From contig CAVWEO010000001.1 of NCBI GenBank assembly GCA_963753995.1, positions 4,341 through 68,340 of the forward strand: DNA of 64,000 nucleotides. The letters run 5' to 3'. This DNA comes from an uncultured Actinomycetota bacterium (lineage in GTDB: Bacteria; Actinomycetota; Actinomycetes; Mycobacteriales; Mycobacteriaceae). The translations under genes and the position numbers were made by a program. Under the pieces are notes generated by a model that was not told where the DNA came from, ran no database searches, and saw nothing but the letters and a program-made list of their open reading frames with translations. Shown here one piece after another: positions 39,257 through 48,409 of this stretch. Each line of letters opens with the position of its first letter. Position 1 is the stretch's first letter.

Positions 39257-40513
39257 TCAGTCCAGCGGGATGTCGTAGAGTTTCGCCGCGTTGTCCTGCA
39301 TGATCTTGCGAACGTTCTCCGGCCCGACGTGCCGCAGTGCCTCGGCCGAGCGCCGCACCGCTTCGGGGTGCAGGCACGTCGGGTGCGGGAAGTCCGTCTC
39401 CCAGAGCACGTTGTCGGCCCCGAGATAGTCGAGCAGCAATGACGGGCCGGCCTTCTCGAACCAGAAGCAGGCATAGATGTTGCGCCGGAACATCTCGAGG
39501 GCGGACGGCGCGTCCGGTGCCGGCGAATCGGCGAAATCCTCCAGGTATTCGTAGTCCACCCGTTCGAGCACATACGGGATCCAGCCGATGCCGCTCTCCA
39601 CCGATACCCACTTGACCTCGGGCCAGCGGTGCAGCACGTCACTGACGACGAGGTTGGAGATGAATCGGGAATTGGCCAGCTCGATCTGCACGGAGTTGAC
39701 CGGCTTGTGGGCGCGTGGCGGCAGCGACGCCCACGCCGGTTGCGGCACCTTGCTCTGCGGGCCAGCGACCGGTGTGGATCCGACGTGGATGTTGATCGGC
39801 AGCTTCAGGTCGGTGATGGCCTCGTAGAACGGATCCCACACCGCCTGCCCGAGGTCGGGCAGCCCGGCCAGGTTCGGCTCGCCGGACATGGTGATGCCGT
39901 GGAACCCGAGTTCCTGCTTGCACCGGGTTGCTTCATCGACGCACAGGCCGATGTCCCAGAACGGCATGATGGCCTGCGGGAAGAGTCGGTTCGGTGCCTC
40001 TTGGGCCCACTCGCTGAGTGCCTCGTTGTAGATGCGCACCGTTGCGAATGCCAGATCCTTGTCGGGCAACGTCACCAGTGATCCGCAGGCGAACCCCATG
40101 ATGTTCGGGTACACGATCTGCGCGTGCACGCCCAGGCTGTCCATGAAGCGGACGCGCGCCTTGGCGTCGTAGGACGCCTCGTGGATCTCGTCCCACATGT
40201 TTCCGTGCTCGGTGATGTCCGCACCGAAGAACGGAATCTTGTCGCCCTTCTTGTTCACGTAGCTGACGCCGCCGGCGCGGAAGATCGGGTTGCCGTCCAG
40301 GATCCAGACCAGGGCGCCGGCGTCGTCGCGCACGACCCGCGGCACTCGGTCCTTCAGGCTCGCCGGTGCGCGTGAGGTCCACAGGTCGTACGGCTCGGAG
40401 AAGTGCGTGTCGGTGTCGATGAGTTTCAGGCCGGCCAACAGGTCGGGTTGCTCCTCGCCGCGTTCTTGCGTGCTGGCTTCGCTCGAAACACTGAGGACGG
40501 GACTTGGGCACAT
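39257..40513 (-). CDS. Amidohydrolase-fold protein (Amidohydro_2, PtmU3-like)
   Basis: DTDTHFSEPYDLW, IHVGS, SVESGIGWIP, WETDFPHP. Confidence 0.88.
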   Translation of the reverse strand: MCPSPVLSVSSEASTQERGEEQPDLLAGLKLIDTDTHFSEPYDLWTSRAPASLKDRVPRVVRDDAGALVWILDGNPIFRAGGVSYVNKKGDKIPFFGADITEHGNMWDEIHEASYDAKARVRFMDSLGVHAQIVYPNIMGFACGSLVTLPDKDLAFATVRIYNEALSEWAQEAPNRLFPQAIMPFWDIGLCVDEATRCKQELGFHGITMSGEPNLAGLPDLGQAVWDPFYEAITDLKLPINIHVGSTPVAGPQSKVPQPAWASLPPRAHKPVNSVQIELANSRFISNLVVSDVLHRWPEVKWVSVESGIGWIPYVLERVDYEYLEDFADSPAPDAPSALEMFRRNIYACFWFEKAGPSLLLDYLGADNVLWETDFPHPTCLHPEAVRRSAEALRHVGPENVRKIMQDNAAKLYDIPLD

Positions 40514-40577
40514 GGGCAGGCGACCCTTCGGGGAAGACGTCTGCCGGCGAGCGGGCAGACCCGCGCACGCGAAACAT

Positions 40578-40591
40578 TAGTCTTGAGACTA
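40578..40591. promoter_or_regulatory. Second palindrome type, TAGTC-TTGA-GACTA
   Basis: Intergenic; a related copy lies at 43258. Confidence 0.45.
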
Positions 40592-40637
40592 GTAGTCCGT
40601 CAATGGAACGCGCTCGTCGCCGTCCCCCCGAATCGGC

Positions 40638-43199
40638 TCAGATGACGTGGTCCTCGGCGAACTGTTTGATCTGCCCCGTCGTGTATCCGAGCAAATCACC
40701 GAGCACGTACTCGTTGTCCTCGCCGTAACACGGAGCGCCGCGATCCGTCGGACCGCCGATGTGCGTCGGGGTCTCGCTGAGCTTCACCGGCGTCTCCGCG
40801 ACCGGCCACGTCCCGATCTTCGTTCCGGTCACCTCCGTCAGCCATTCGAGCGCCGCCAGTTGCGGGTCATCGTCGACGCGGTCGGCAGCGTCCTGGCACA
40901 CCCCGGCCGCTACCCCTGCACCCTGCAGCGCGTGCATGAGTTCGTACCCGCCCTGATTCTGCGTCCATTCGGTCACGGCCGCGTCGAGCTCGTCCTGGTG
41001 CAGCAGGCGATCCGCGAGCGTGGCGAAACGCGGGTCTTCGAGCCAGTCCGCCCGCCCGGCCAGACGTGCCAACGCCTGCCACGCCGTCTCGTCGAAACAG
41101 GCGATGGCCAGCCAACGGTCGGTGCCGGCGCAGCGGTACGCGCCGTGCGGCGCGGCAGGTTGGTACGGCGAGCGATTTCCGAACCGCCGCCACGACCGCT
41201 CATTCGCCGAAGCGTCGAGAATCGGCGGCCCGGCAATGAAGATGCCCGTCTCCGTCTGGGACGCGTCGATGTGCTGGCCGCGGCCGGTCCGGTCCCGGTA
41301 GGTCAGTGCGGACAGCATCGCAACGGCAAAGCTGTACGCGCCGATCCAATCCAGATAGGAGTAACCCCACCCGGCGGGCATCGCCGGCTCGGCCAGACCG
41401 GACATCTCCGCGGTACCGGCCAGCGCGGCCGCCACCGGGCCGAGGGCACGGAACCGGCCGTAGCTGCCGAATCCGCCCATGCCGGACTGCTGCGCGTAGA
41501 TGATGTCCGGCTTCAACGACTGCAACGTGGGCCAGCCGAGTCCCCAACTGTCCATCACCCCGGGCGAGAAGCCCTCGGCGACGATGTCGGACAGCCCGAC
41601 CAGCTGCCGCGCAATCGCCAGCCCCTGCGGGTGCCGCACGTTGAGTGAAATACCGCGCTTGCCGGCGTTCTTGTTGTTGAACTGTCCGCCCATGTCCGGA
41701 TCGTTGACTCCGGGCAGCGGCGCCCTCGCGGTACGACGTGCCTCGCGTCCGCCGACCGGCGCCATCACCCCGAGGCGGGTGTCCGGATGCGCCGCCCACT
41801 CCACCTTGATGCACTCCGCGCCGAGGGCGGCCAGGAATCGCGTACCGCCCGCGGAGGCGAGAAACCAGGTGAAGTCGAGAACGCGGATGCCGTCCAGGGC
41901 CATCGGCCGCCCGCGTCGCGACGTGCGCGAACCGTGCCACGTCCGCCGGGCGGCCACCGCCTTCGGCGCGGTGGTCCGCAGTAGTTGCAGGACTTCGGTG
42001 CGGTCCTCGTCGAGGAGTGGGGCACGCCGGCCGGCCACCCATTCGGTCTCGGACGAGAGCCACTTGCTGGTGACGTAGGTGAACGAGCGGTCGTGTTCGG
42101 GATGGTGGATCTCGCTGAACGTGCCGCGCCGGTGCCAGTGTTCGTCGGCGACGTTCTCCTCGGGCTTGCGCAGTGGCACGCAGATGATTCCGGCGTCCTG
42201 CATCTCGCGCCACGGCATCTCGGCGTAGGTGAAGCGGCGGACGAAGCGTTGCAGCACCTCCTGCGCGTGCGCGAGCATCGCCGGCCCGGCCGTGCTGCCC
42301 GGGATGGCGCGCGCGCCGCTGCCGACGACCGGGGCATGGGGCGGCAGGTCGCCGGCCATGCCGTATCGGTCGAGGAAGGCCACCAGGTTCCCGTAGTCTT
42401 TCGGATTGATCAGCATGGTGACGAACCAGCGCCCGTCCTTGGTGTGCGCCAGCGGCGTGCCCATCGATGTCTCGGGCATGGCATGCGTGCACGTCTGGCG
42501 CAGCACCGGTGTGCGCCGCATGACCCAATTCATCACGTCGAGCTCGGTGTTCTTCGACACCGCTTCGTGCACGGCGCAGCAGACGAGCTGACCGACACCG
42601 CGCTGGCCCCTATACAGCAGCGCCGCCAGCGTCATCATCACCAACTGCTCGCCGGCGATGTGGTACGAGTGCCACAACTGCGGAGCAATCGGCGGCAGGT
42701 CGTAGCTACCGTCCGGGCGGGGTGAATAGCCGCAGTTCATCATCGGACCGCCGAGGGCCAGATGGATGAGGTCCGAGGCCTGGTAGTCCCGCCACGGTCC
42801 GACGTCGCCGAACGGCGACATGCGCGCGATGATCAGAGCCGGGAACTGCGCTCGCAACGAGTCCCGCCCCAGCCCGACGGAGTCCAGATAGGTCCGCGGC
42901 GTCGCGTCGAGGAACACATCGGACAGCGCGGTCAGCTGCCGCATCGTGTCGATCCCGTCGGCGGTCTCGAGGTCGAGGACGACCGATCGTTTGAGCCGGT
43001 TGTAGTTCCAGAAGAACAGCGACCGTTCGGGCCCGGGGCGGTCCTCGAAGAATGGTCCGATCCGCCGCGTCGCGCTCCCGCCGGGCGGCTCGATTTTGAT
43101 CACGTCCGCGCCGAGGCCGGCCAGCAGCAGCCCGGCGTACTCCGCCGATGTGTCGGCGAGTTCCAGCACGCGCACGCCGGCCAGCGGTGCAGCGGACAT
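40638..43199 (-). CDS. Tandem-fused double-domain CaiB/BaiF CoA-transferase
   Basis: Two family III domains (LAGLGADVIKIEPP..NRLKRS and LAALGAECIKVE..NAGKRG..YLDW) in 853 aa. Confidence 0.9.
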   Translation of the reverse strand: MSAAPLAGVRVLELADTSAEYAGLLLAGLGADVIKIEPPGGSATRRIGPFFEDRPGPERSLFFWNYNRLKRSVVLDLETADGIDTMRQLTALSDVFLDATPRTYLDSVGLGRDSLRAQFPALIIARMSPFGDVGPWRDYQASDLIHLALGGPMMNCGYSPRPDGSYDLPPIAPQLWHSYHIAGEQLVMMTLAALLYRGQRGVGQLVCCAVHEAVSKNTELDVMNWVMRRTPVLRQTCTHAMPETSMGTPLAHTKDGRWFVTMLINPKDYGNLVAFLDRYGMAGDLPPHAPVVGSGARAIPGSTAGPAMLAHAQEVLQRFVRRFTYAEMPWREMQDAGIICVPLRKPEENVADEHWHRRGTFSEIHHPEHDRSFTYVTSKWLSSETEWVAGRRAPLLDEDRTEVLQLLRTTAPKAVAARRTWHGSRTSRRGRPMALDGIRVLDFTWFLASAGGTRFLAALGAECIKVEWAAHPDTRLGVMAPVGGREARRTARAPLPGVNDPDMGGQFNNKNAGKRGISLNVRHPQGLAIARQLVGLSDIVAEGFSPGVMDSWGLGWPTLQSLKPDIIYAQQSGMGGFGSYGRFRALGPVAAALAGTAEMSGLAEPAMPAGWGYSYLDWIGAYSFAVAMLSALTYRDRTGRGQHIDASQTETGIFIAGPPILDASANERSWRRFGNRSPYQPAAPHGAYRCAGTDRWLAIACFDETAWQALARLAGRADWLEDPRFATLADRLLHQDELDAAVTEWTQNQGGYELMHALQGAGVAAGVCQDAADRVDDDPQLAALEWLTEVTGTKIGTWPVAETPVKLSETPTHIGGPTDRGAPCYGEDNEYVLGDLLGYTTGQIKQFAEDHVI

Positions 43200-43257
43200 C
43201 CGGCTCAGTCCCTTCGCCTCGGTACCGCGGACGATGACCGCTCGCGTCGATGACTTT

Positions 43258-43271
43258 TAGTGTCGGGACTA
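43258..43271. promoter_or_regulatory. Second palindrome type, TAGTG-TCGG-GACTA
   Basis: Shares TTAGT-N5-GACTAGTAG with 40577-40595. Confidence 0.42.
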
Positions 43272-43295
43272 GTAGACTGAAGGTTCTGCCGGATC

Positions 43296-43313
43296 GTCAA
43301 CACATTCATTGAC
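43296..43313. promoter_or_regulatory. Operator GTCAAC-ACATTC-ATTGAC in a divergent promoter region
   Basis: Intergenic, one mismatch. Confidence 0.72.
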
Positions 43314-43387
43314 AGCGTCTCGCGGAGCTGGTGCGAGTCAGCCATGGCCGGCTCGTCGATCTAGGTAGCTGCGAGGTAGGCAGGCGG

Positions 43388-44809
43388 ATGACGCTCACCG
43401 AAGTCGGGGTCGCCGGCGGGGAAACGGCACTGTCCGGACGCACGGGACGCGGCTTCACTGCTCATCTGGTCCGGGAGATCGAGAAGATCTCGGTCGCCGA
43501 CGTCTCCGACCTGGTTATCGAACGGGCTCGGCACGCCCTGCTCGACTGGCTCGGGGTGACCATCGCCGGCGCCGGCGAGCCGTCCGCACGGATCGTCGGG
43601 CACGTCATCGCCGCCGAAGGCGGCACCGCGGTCGCCCGATTGGTGGGCACCGAACAGAGGGCCACCGCCCGCCAGGCCGCGCTGGCGATGGGGGTCGCCG
43701 GCCACTCGATGGATTACGACGACATGGCCGTGGGCGCGCACCCGTCGGTGGTGGTCCTGCCCGGCATCATCGCCGTCGCCGAGGAACTCGACGCCGACGG
43801 GCCGAGCACACTCGAGGCGATGATTCGCGGCTACGAGGCCATGAACATGATCGCCAACGCCTGTGGGCTGGTGTCCTACGCCCGAGGCTTTCACTGCACC
43901 GGCACCTTCGGCGCGTTCGGCGCGGCAGTCGGCGTCGGGCGGCTGCTCGGTCTGGATGCGCAACACCTGCAATGGGCGCTCGGAAGTGCCGGGACGCAGG
44001 CGGCCGGACTCAAAGCGAGCTTCGGGACGATGGGCAAGCACCTCAACGCGGGTAACGCGGCGGCGGTCGGCGTGTTGTCGGCCCGGCTGGCCCAGGCCGG
44101 ATTCACCGGAGCGACGGATGTGATCGAGGCCGGCCAAGGCTTCGCGATCGCGCACAATGAATCGGCCACCGACTTCGACGCCACCAGAGCCGGCACCGCA
44201 CTCGGCGACACCCTGGCCGTCGAGCAGATCAAGTTCAAACCGCATGCGGCCTGCGGCGGCACCCATTCGGCGATCGAAGGCGTACGCGAGATCAAGTCAC
44301 GGCGGCCCTTCCTCAGCGACGAGGTGGACGAGGTCGTCCTGACAGTGTCCGACCAGCTGCCCGACATCTGCGGGATACCGGAGCCGCGCACCGGCCTGGA
44401 GGGCATGTTCAGCGTCCGCCACGCGGTGAGCCTGGTGCTGGACGACCGCACGACCGGACCCAGCTCGTTCACCGACGAGCGGGTCAACGAGCAACGGCTG
44501 GTCGAGCTACGGCAGCGGGTGCGGGTGAATCCCGTTGCGCGCATTCCGAACGTCCGGGAAGCGGCCGAGGTCACCGTCCGGCTCAAGGGCGGCGAGGTGT
44601 TACAGGCAGCGGTGCGGGCACTCATGGTCGTGCCTGACGATCAGCTCGCCGTGCAGCGCGCGCGACTGGAAGCGAAGTTCCGCGACCTGGTCGGGCCGAG
44701 GACGGGCGCGGACCGAGCCGAGGAGTTGATCTCGCTGGTGAACCGCATCGATACGCTGCCTTCGATTCGGGAACTGGTCGAGAAGACCGCCCCGTCCGAC
44801 GCATCCTGA
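43388..44809 (+). CDS. MmgE/PrpD-family protein
   Basis: LLDWLGVTIAG, HSMDYDD, HPS, GFHCTG, FGTMGKHL, FKPHAACGGTH. Confidence 0.9.
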   Translation: MTLTEVGVAGGETALSGRTGRGFTAHLVREIEKISVADVSDLVIERARHALLDWLGVTIAGAGEPSARIVGHVIAAEGGTAVARLVGTEQRATARQAALAMGVAGHSMDYDDMAVGAHPSVVVLPGIIAVAEELDADGPSTLEAMIRGYEAMNMIANACGLVSYARGFHCTGTFGAFGAAVGVGRLLGLDAQHLQWALGSAGTQAAGLKASFGTMGKHLNAGNAAAVGVLSARLAQAGFTGATDVIEAGQGFAIAHNESATDFDATRAGTALGDTLAVEQIKFKPHAACGGTHSAIEGVREIKSRRPFLSDEVDEVVLTVSDQLPDICGIPEPRTGLEGMFSVRHAVSLVLDDRTTGPSSFTDERVNEQRLVELRQRVRVNPVARIPNVREAAEVTVRLKGGEVLQAAVRALMVVPDDQLAVQRARLEAKFRDLVGPRTGADRAEELISLVNRIDTLPSIRELVEKTAPSDAS

Positions 44810-44839
44810 CCACGTCGAGCTGGTGACCTGGAGCCGCCG

Positions 44840-45700
44840 ATGCTGATCATCGATGCGCAGGTGCACGTCTGGCCCGCGGAGACGGCCGATCATCCGTGGC
44901 TGCCCGGCCCGGCGGCCGATGACCACCGCGGTCGTCAGTTCACCGGCGAGATGCTCATTGCCGAGATGGATCGGGCCGGCGTACACGCGGCGGTGATCAT
45001 TCCGCCGGCGTTCACCGGCGCCCGCAACGACGTCGCGCTGCAGGCCGCGACGGATCATCCGGGGCGCATCGGCGTGATGGGTCGAGTCGATCTCGACGAC
45101 CCGATCCGCGGCACCGCATCGGTGCGGTCGTGGCGCAGCCATCCGGGCGCGCTGGGCTTTCGCCTCACCTTCGCGCCCCGCGGTCAGAATGGGACGCGCT
45201 CGCAGCTGACCGACGGCAGCGCCGACTGGTTCTGGCCGGTGGCGGACCAAGCATCGCTGCCGGTGATGATCCACTGCCCAGGCCTGCTGGACGAGCTCGG
45301 CGTGATCGCCGGCGAATTCCCGAGCATTGCCTTCGTCGTCGACCACCTCGGCCTGCCGCCGGCACAACTGCTCGACGAGGGCGCGCTGCACGCGCGACTC
45401 GGCGGGCTCGAGCCACTGGCGCGTCTGGACAACGTCGCGGTGAAGATCGGTCCCATCCCGTGCTACACGGCCGAGCCATATCCGTATCCGGCATTCCAGC
45501 GTCACCTGCAGCGGATCATCGACTGGTTCGGCGCCGCACGAGTGTTCTGGGCGAGCGATCTCACCCGGTTGCCGTGCCCGTATGCCGACCTGGTCCGGTT
45601 CTACCTCGACGAGTTGGATTTCCTCGACGACGACGCGCGCGAGTTGATCCTCGGCCGTGGCGTGCTGCAGTGGCTCCGCTGGACCGACGCCGAGCGTTAG
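44840..45700 (+). CDS. Amidohydrolase-fold lactonase-like protein (LigI/L-fuconolactonase type)
   Basis: IIDAQVHVW, VVDHLG, FGAARVFWASD. Confidence 0.83.
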   Translation: MLIIDAQVHVWPAETADHPWLPGPAADDHRGRQFTGEMLIAEMDRAGVHAAVIIPPAFTGARNDVALQAATDHPGRIGVMGRVDLDDPIRGTASVRSWRSHPGALGFRLTFAPRGQNGTRSQLTDGSADWFWPVADQASLPVMIHCPGLLDELGVIAGEFPSIAFVVDHLGLPPAQLLDEGALHARLGGLEPLARLDNVAVKIGPIPCYTAEPYPYPAFQRHLQRIIDWFGAARVFWASDLTRLPCPYADLVRFYLDELDFLDDDARELILGRGVLQWLRWTDAER

Positions 45701-46047
45701 CCGGGATCGGCGGACAGCCAGATGCGATCGAAGGCGACCGTCACCCCGAATCGACGCATTCGTCCGACGAGGCACGACGCCTGACCCGCCGGCCGCCCCG
45801 ACGCGAGGTCGAAACGACGCTTGTGGCCCGCGCACACCAGCGTGCCGCCCGCGATCCGGGCATCGGCGAGCGAGCGGCCCATGTGCGGGCAGCGATTCTC
45901 CACCGCGAAGATATGGCGACCGCTCAGCACGACCAGCACGTCGGTCGAACCGAAGGTGACGATTGTGCGGCCTTCGGTGAACAGGCGGTCGGCCGACCCG
46001 CAGTCCACGGGGTCGGTCACCAACGTCGCCGCCAGGACCATCGGCAT
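45697..46047 (-). CDS. Rieske [2Fe-2S] ferredoxin
   Basis: ENRCPH-x16-CAGH..FDLASG. Confidence 0.8.
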   Translation of the reverse strand: MPMVLAATLVTDPVDCGSADRLFTEGRTIVTFGSTDVLVVLSGRHIFAVENRCPHMGRSLADARIAGGTLVCAGHKRRFDLASGRPAGQASCLVGRMRRFGVTVAFDRIWLSADPG

Positions 46048-46080
46048 CCCCTCACCGGGACCACTGCTTGTGCGAATGCC

Positions 46081-46122
46081 ACGGTAAGCCATGCCTTAGC
46101 AGTTGTCAACACATTAGTTGAC
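46081..46122 (-). promoter_or_regulatory. Perfect operator GTCAAC-ACATTA-GTTGAC (46105-46122) over promoter TTGACA-N17-TACCGT
   Basis: -35 at 46109-46104, -10 at 46086-46081; the operator contains the TAA stop of the upstream gene. Confidence 0.78.
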
Positions 46123-47289
46123 GTTTGGTGACGGCGGCACCGCCCCGGACGAACGCAACTGCGCCACCTCATCGGCCCCCAGTCCGAGCTCAGCGAGAAT
46201 CTCGTCGCTGTGCGCGCCGGGTTCCGCGATGGCCGTGGACAGCGGCGGCCTACGCCCGTCCATGACCGGGACCGGTGCGGGCTGGACGAGCCCGGCAGCG
46301 GACACCGTCGTGCCTCGTGTCGCGTCGTGCGCCTGCGCGCTCACATCAGCCAGGGGCACGACGGCGCTCACACACGCGTCGGCACCGGCGAACACGCGCA
46401 GCCAGTGCTCCTGCGTCTCCTGCCTAAAGGTCTGCGCCAACGTCCGGGCCAGCCGCTCGTTGACCTCCGGGTCCTCCCGGGGCCACTCCTCGGGCGTCAT
46501 GCCGAGCCGTTCGAGCAGCGCCCGGTAGAAGTTTGGCTCCAGCGCTCCCACCGCAACGAATCGAGCATCACGCGTTTCATACGTCCGGTACCAGGCGCGG
46601 CTGCCGTCGAAGGCGTTCGCGCCGCGCGGGTGCCAGTCCCCCGCCGCAAGCAGGGCGTAGTTCGCGGCCGACAGGGCCGCAAGCCCGTCCACGATGGCGA
46701 TGTCGAGTACCCGCCCAACGCCGGTCCGTGCTCGCTCGATCACCGCGGCGAGCACCGACATAACGAGGTACATGCTGCCCGCGCCGTAGTCGCCGAGCAG
46801 GTTCAGCGGCGGCACCGGCGGCCGGTCCGCGGCTCCGATCGCATCCAGTGCGCCGGAGGCGGACAGGTAGTTGATGTCGTGTCCGGCGCTCTGCGCGAGC
46901 GGACCCGTCTGGCCCCAGCCGGTCATCCGTGCGTACACGAGGCCGGGGTTGAGCTCGTGACAGCGCGACGGTCCGAGGCCGAGACGCTCGGTGACACCCG
47001 GGCGCATCCCCTCGATGAACACGTCCGCGCGCGCCACCAGGCGCTCGGCCACGTCACGCGCCTCCGGTCGCTTGAGATCGAGTGCGATGCTGCGCTGGCC
47101 CCGACGGCGCGGGTCGCAATCGGTACGCACCACACTCACCTGTGGCCGCGGACGGTCGATCAGCACGACGTCGCAGCCGAGATCGGCCAGCAGCATCGCC
47201 GCGAGCGGCCCCGGACCGACCGAGACCAGTTGCAGCACGCGAGTGCCCAGCAGCGGACGGACGTCCTCGCCCGCCGACGGTCCGCTCAT
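46114..47289 (-). CDS. Family III CoA-transferase, alpha-methylacyl-CoA racemase (Mcr)-like
   Basis: GPGPLAAMLLADLG, RMTGWGQTGP, GHDINY, NLLGDYG. ATG 47289. Confidence 0.87.
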   Translation of the reverse strand: MSGPSAGEDVRPLLGTRVLQLVSVGPGPLAAMLLADLGCDVVLIDRPRPQVSVVRTDCDPRRRGQRSIALDLKRPEARDVAERLVARADVFIEGMRPGVTERLGLGPSRCHELNPGLVYARMTGWGQTGPLAQSAGHDINYLSASGALDAIGAADRPPVPPLNLLGDYGAGSMYLVMSVLAAVIERARTGVGRVLDIAIVDGLAALSAANYALLAAGDWHPRGANAFDGSRAWYRTYETRDARFVAVGALEPNFYRALLERLGMTPEEWPREDPEVNERLARTLAQTFRQETQEHWLRVFAGADACVSAVVPLADVSAQAHDATRGTTVSAAGLVQPAPVPVMDGRRPPLSTAIAEPGAHSDEILAELGLGADEVAQLRSSGAVPPSPNVN

Positions 47290-48299
47290 GTGTCGCGGGG
47301 CGCCGCGGCCCCCTGCTGCTCGGCGATGTGTGTCGGCCCGGACCGGCCGGTCACCGCCTGGCTGACGAACCGTGCCTGGTCGTCGAAGGCGCGCCGACCG
47401 GCGACTGTTCCCGGGCAGATCTTGTCGAACGCGTGGAAGGCCCCCATCGCGCAATGCAGTTCGACGGACACGCCGGCGGCGAGCAGCCGCGTCGCGAATG
47501 CGAGACCCTCGTCACGGAAAGGATCGTGCTCCGCGACGAGCAGGTATGTCGGTGCCAGCCCGGACACGTCCTCGGCCCGGCCGGGAGACGCGTGCGCCCA
47601 GGCCGGTGCGTCCGGCGCCGCGCCTGCCAGGTAGTTCCGCCACATCGTCGGCACGCAGGTCGAGTTCCACACCGGAGCGTCGGCGTAGCGCGGGTCGCGT
47701 GCGGAACTGGCATCCTCGTCGAACGCCGCGCAGTCGAGAATCATGAAGGCCAACTCGGCGAAGCCGAGGTCTCTGGCGGCAAGGGCGGTCGCCGCGGCGA
47801 GGTTGCCACCGGCACTGATGCCACCGATGCCGACCTGCGCTGGATCGACACCGAGCCGGACGGCATTCGTGACCAGCCAGCGCAACGCGCTCACCGTGTC
47901 CTGCAGACCGGCCGGGAACGGGTGCTCCGGGCTCAGGCGATAGTCCACGACGAACACCCGGCAGCCGGTTGCCCGCACCAGGGCGACGGCCCGCAGGCTG
48001 TCACTGTCGATCCCGCCTGTCATGAAGGCGCCACCGTGCACATGCAAATACGCCGGCCGGGTCTGTTCGCCCGCCGAGGCCGGCGCATAGGTCCGTATCC
48101 GCAATATCGCGTCGTGCTCGCCCGCGCGATCGATCTCGGTGTCGACGGTGACCACGTCCGTGGCGTCCCGCATGGTGTCGGCGAACTCGACGGCGTCCAG
48201 TCTGGCGATCACGGCGCGCCGCCCCGCCGGATCGCTGAAGTCCGGCCGAGGCAGATCGCGCACGACCGCGGCCAACTCGGGATCGATCCGCATCGTCAT
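47286..48299 (-). CDS. Alpha/beta hydrolase, HSL-family esterase
   Basis: HGGAF, DYRLSPEHPFPA, GISAGG, DPFRDEG, HAF; only the 3' part of the 730-aa ORF is real. Confidence 0.9.
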   Translation of the reverse strand: MTMRIDPELAAVVRDLPRPDFSDPAGRRAVIARLDAVEFADTMRDATDVVTVDTEIDRAGEHDAILRIRTYAPASAGEQTRPAYLHVHGGAFMTGGIDSDSLRAVALVRATGCRVFVVDYRLSPEHPFPAGLQDTVSALRWLVTNAVRLGVDPAQVGIGGISAGGNLAAATALAARDLGFAELAFMILDCAAFDEDASSARDPRYADAPVWNSTCVPTMWRNYLAGAAPDAPAWAHASPGRAEDVSGLAPTYLLVAEHDPFRDEGLAFATRLLAAGVSVELHCAMGAFHAFDKICPGTVAGRRAFDDQARFVSQAVTGRSGPTHIAEQQGAAAPRDT

Positions 48300-48314
48300 C
48301 GCATCGCCGCTATC

Positions 48315-48375
48315 GTGATCGACTTCGCCATCGACTGTGTCATCGACCGTGTCATCGACTTTCGTCATCGACTTC
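48315..48375 (+). repeat. Five imperfect copies of an approximately 12-bp unit, consensus GTCATCGACNNN
   Basis: gtgatcgacttc, gccatcgactgt, gtcatcgaccgt, gtcatcgactttc, gtcatcgacttc. Confidence 0.8.
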
Positions 48376-48409
48376 GCCACCGCATCACCGTCATCGTCGT
48401 GCGCGCGCG

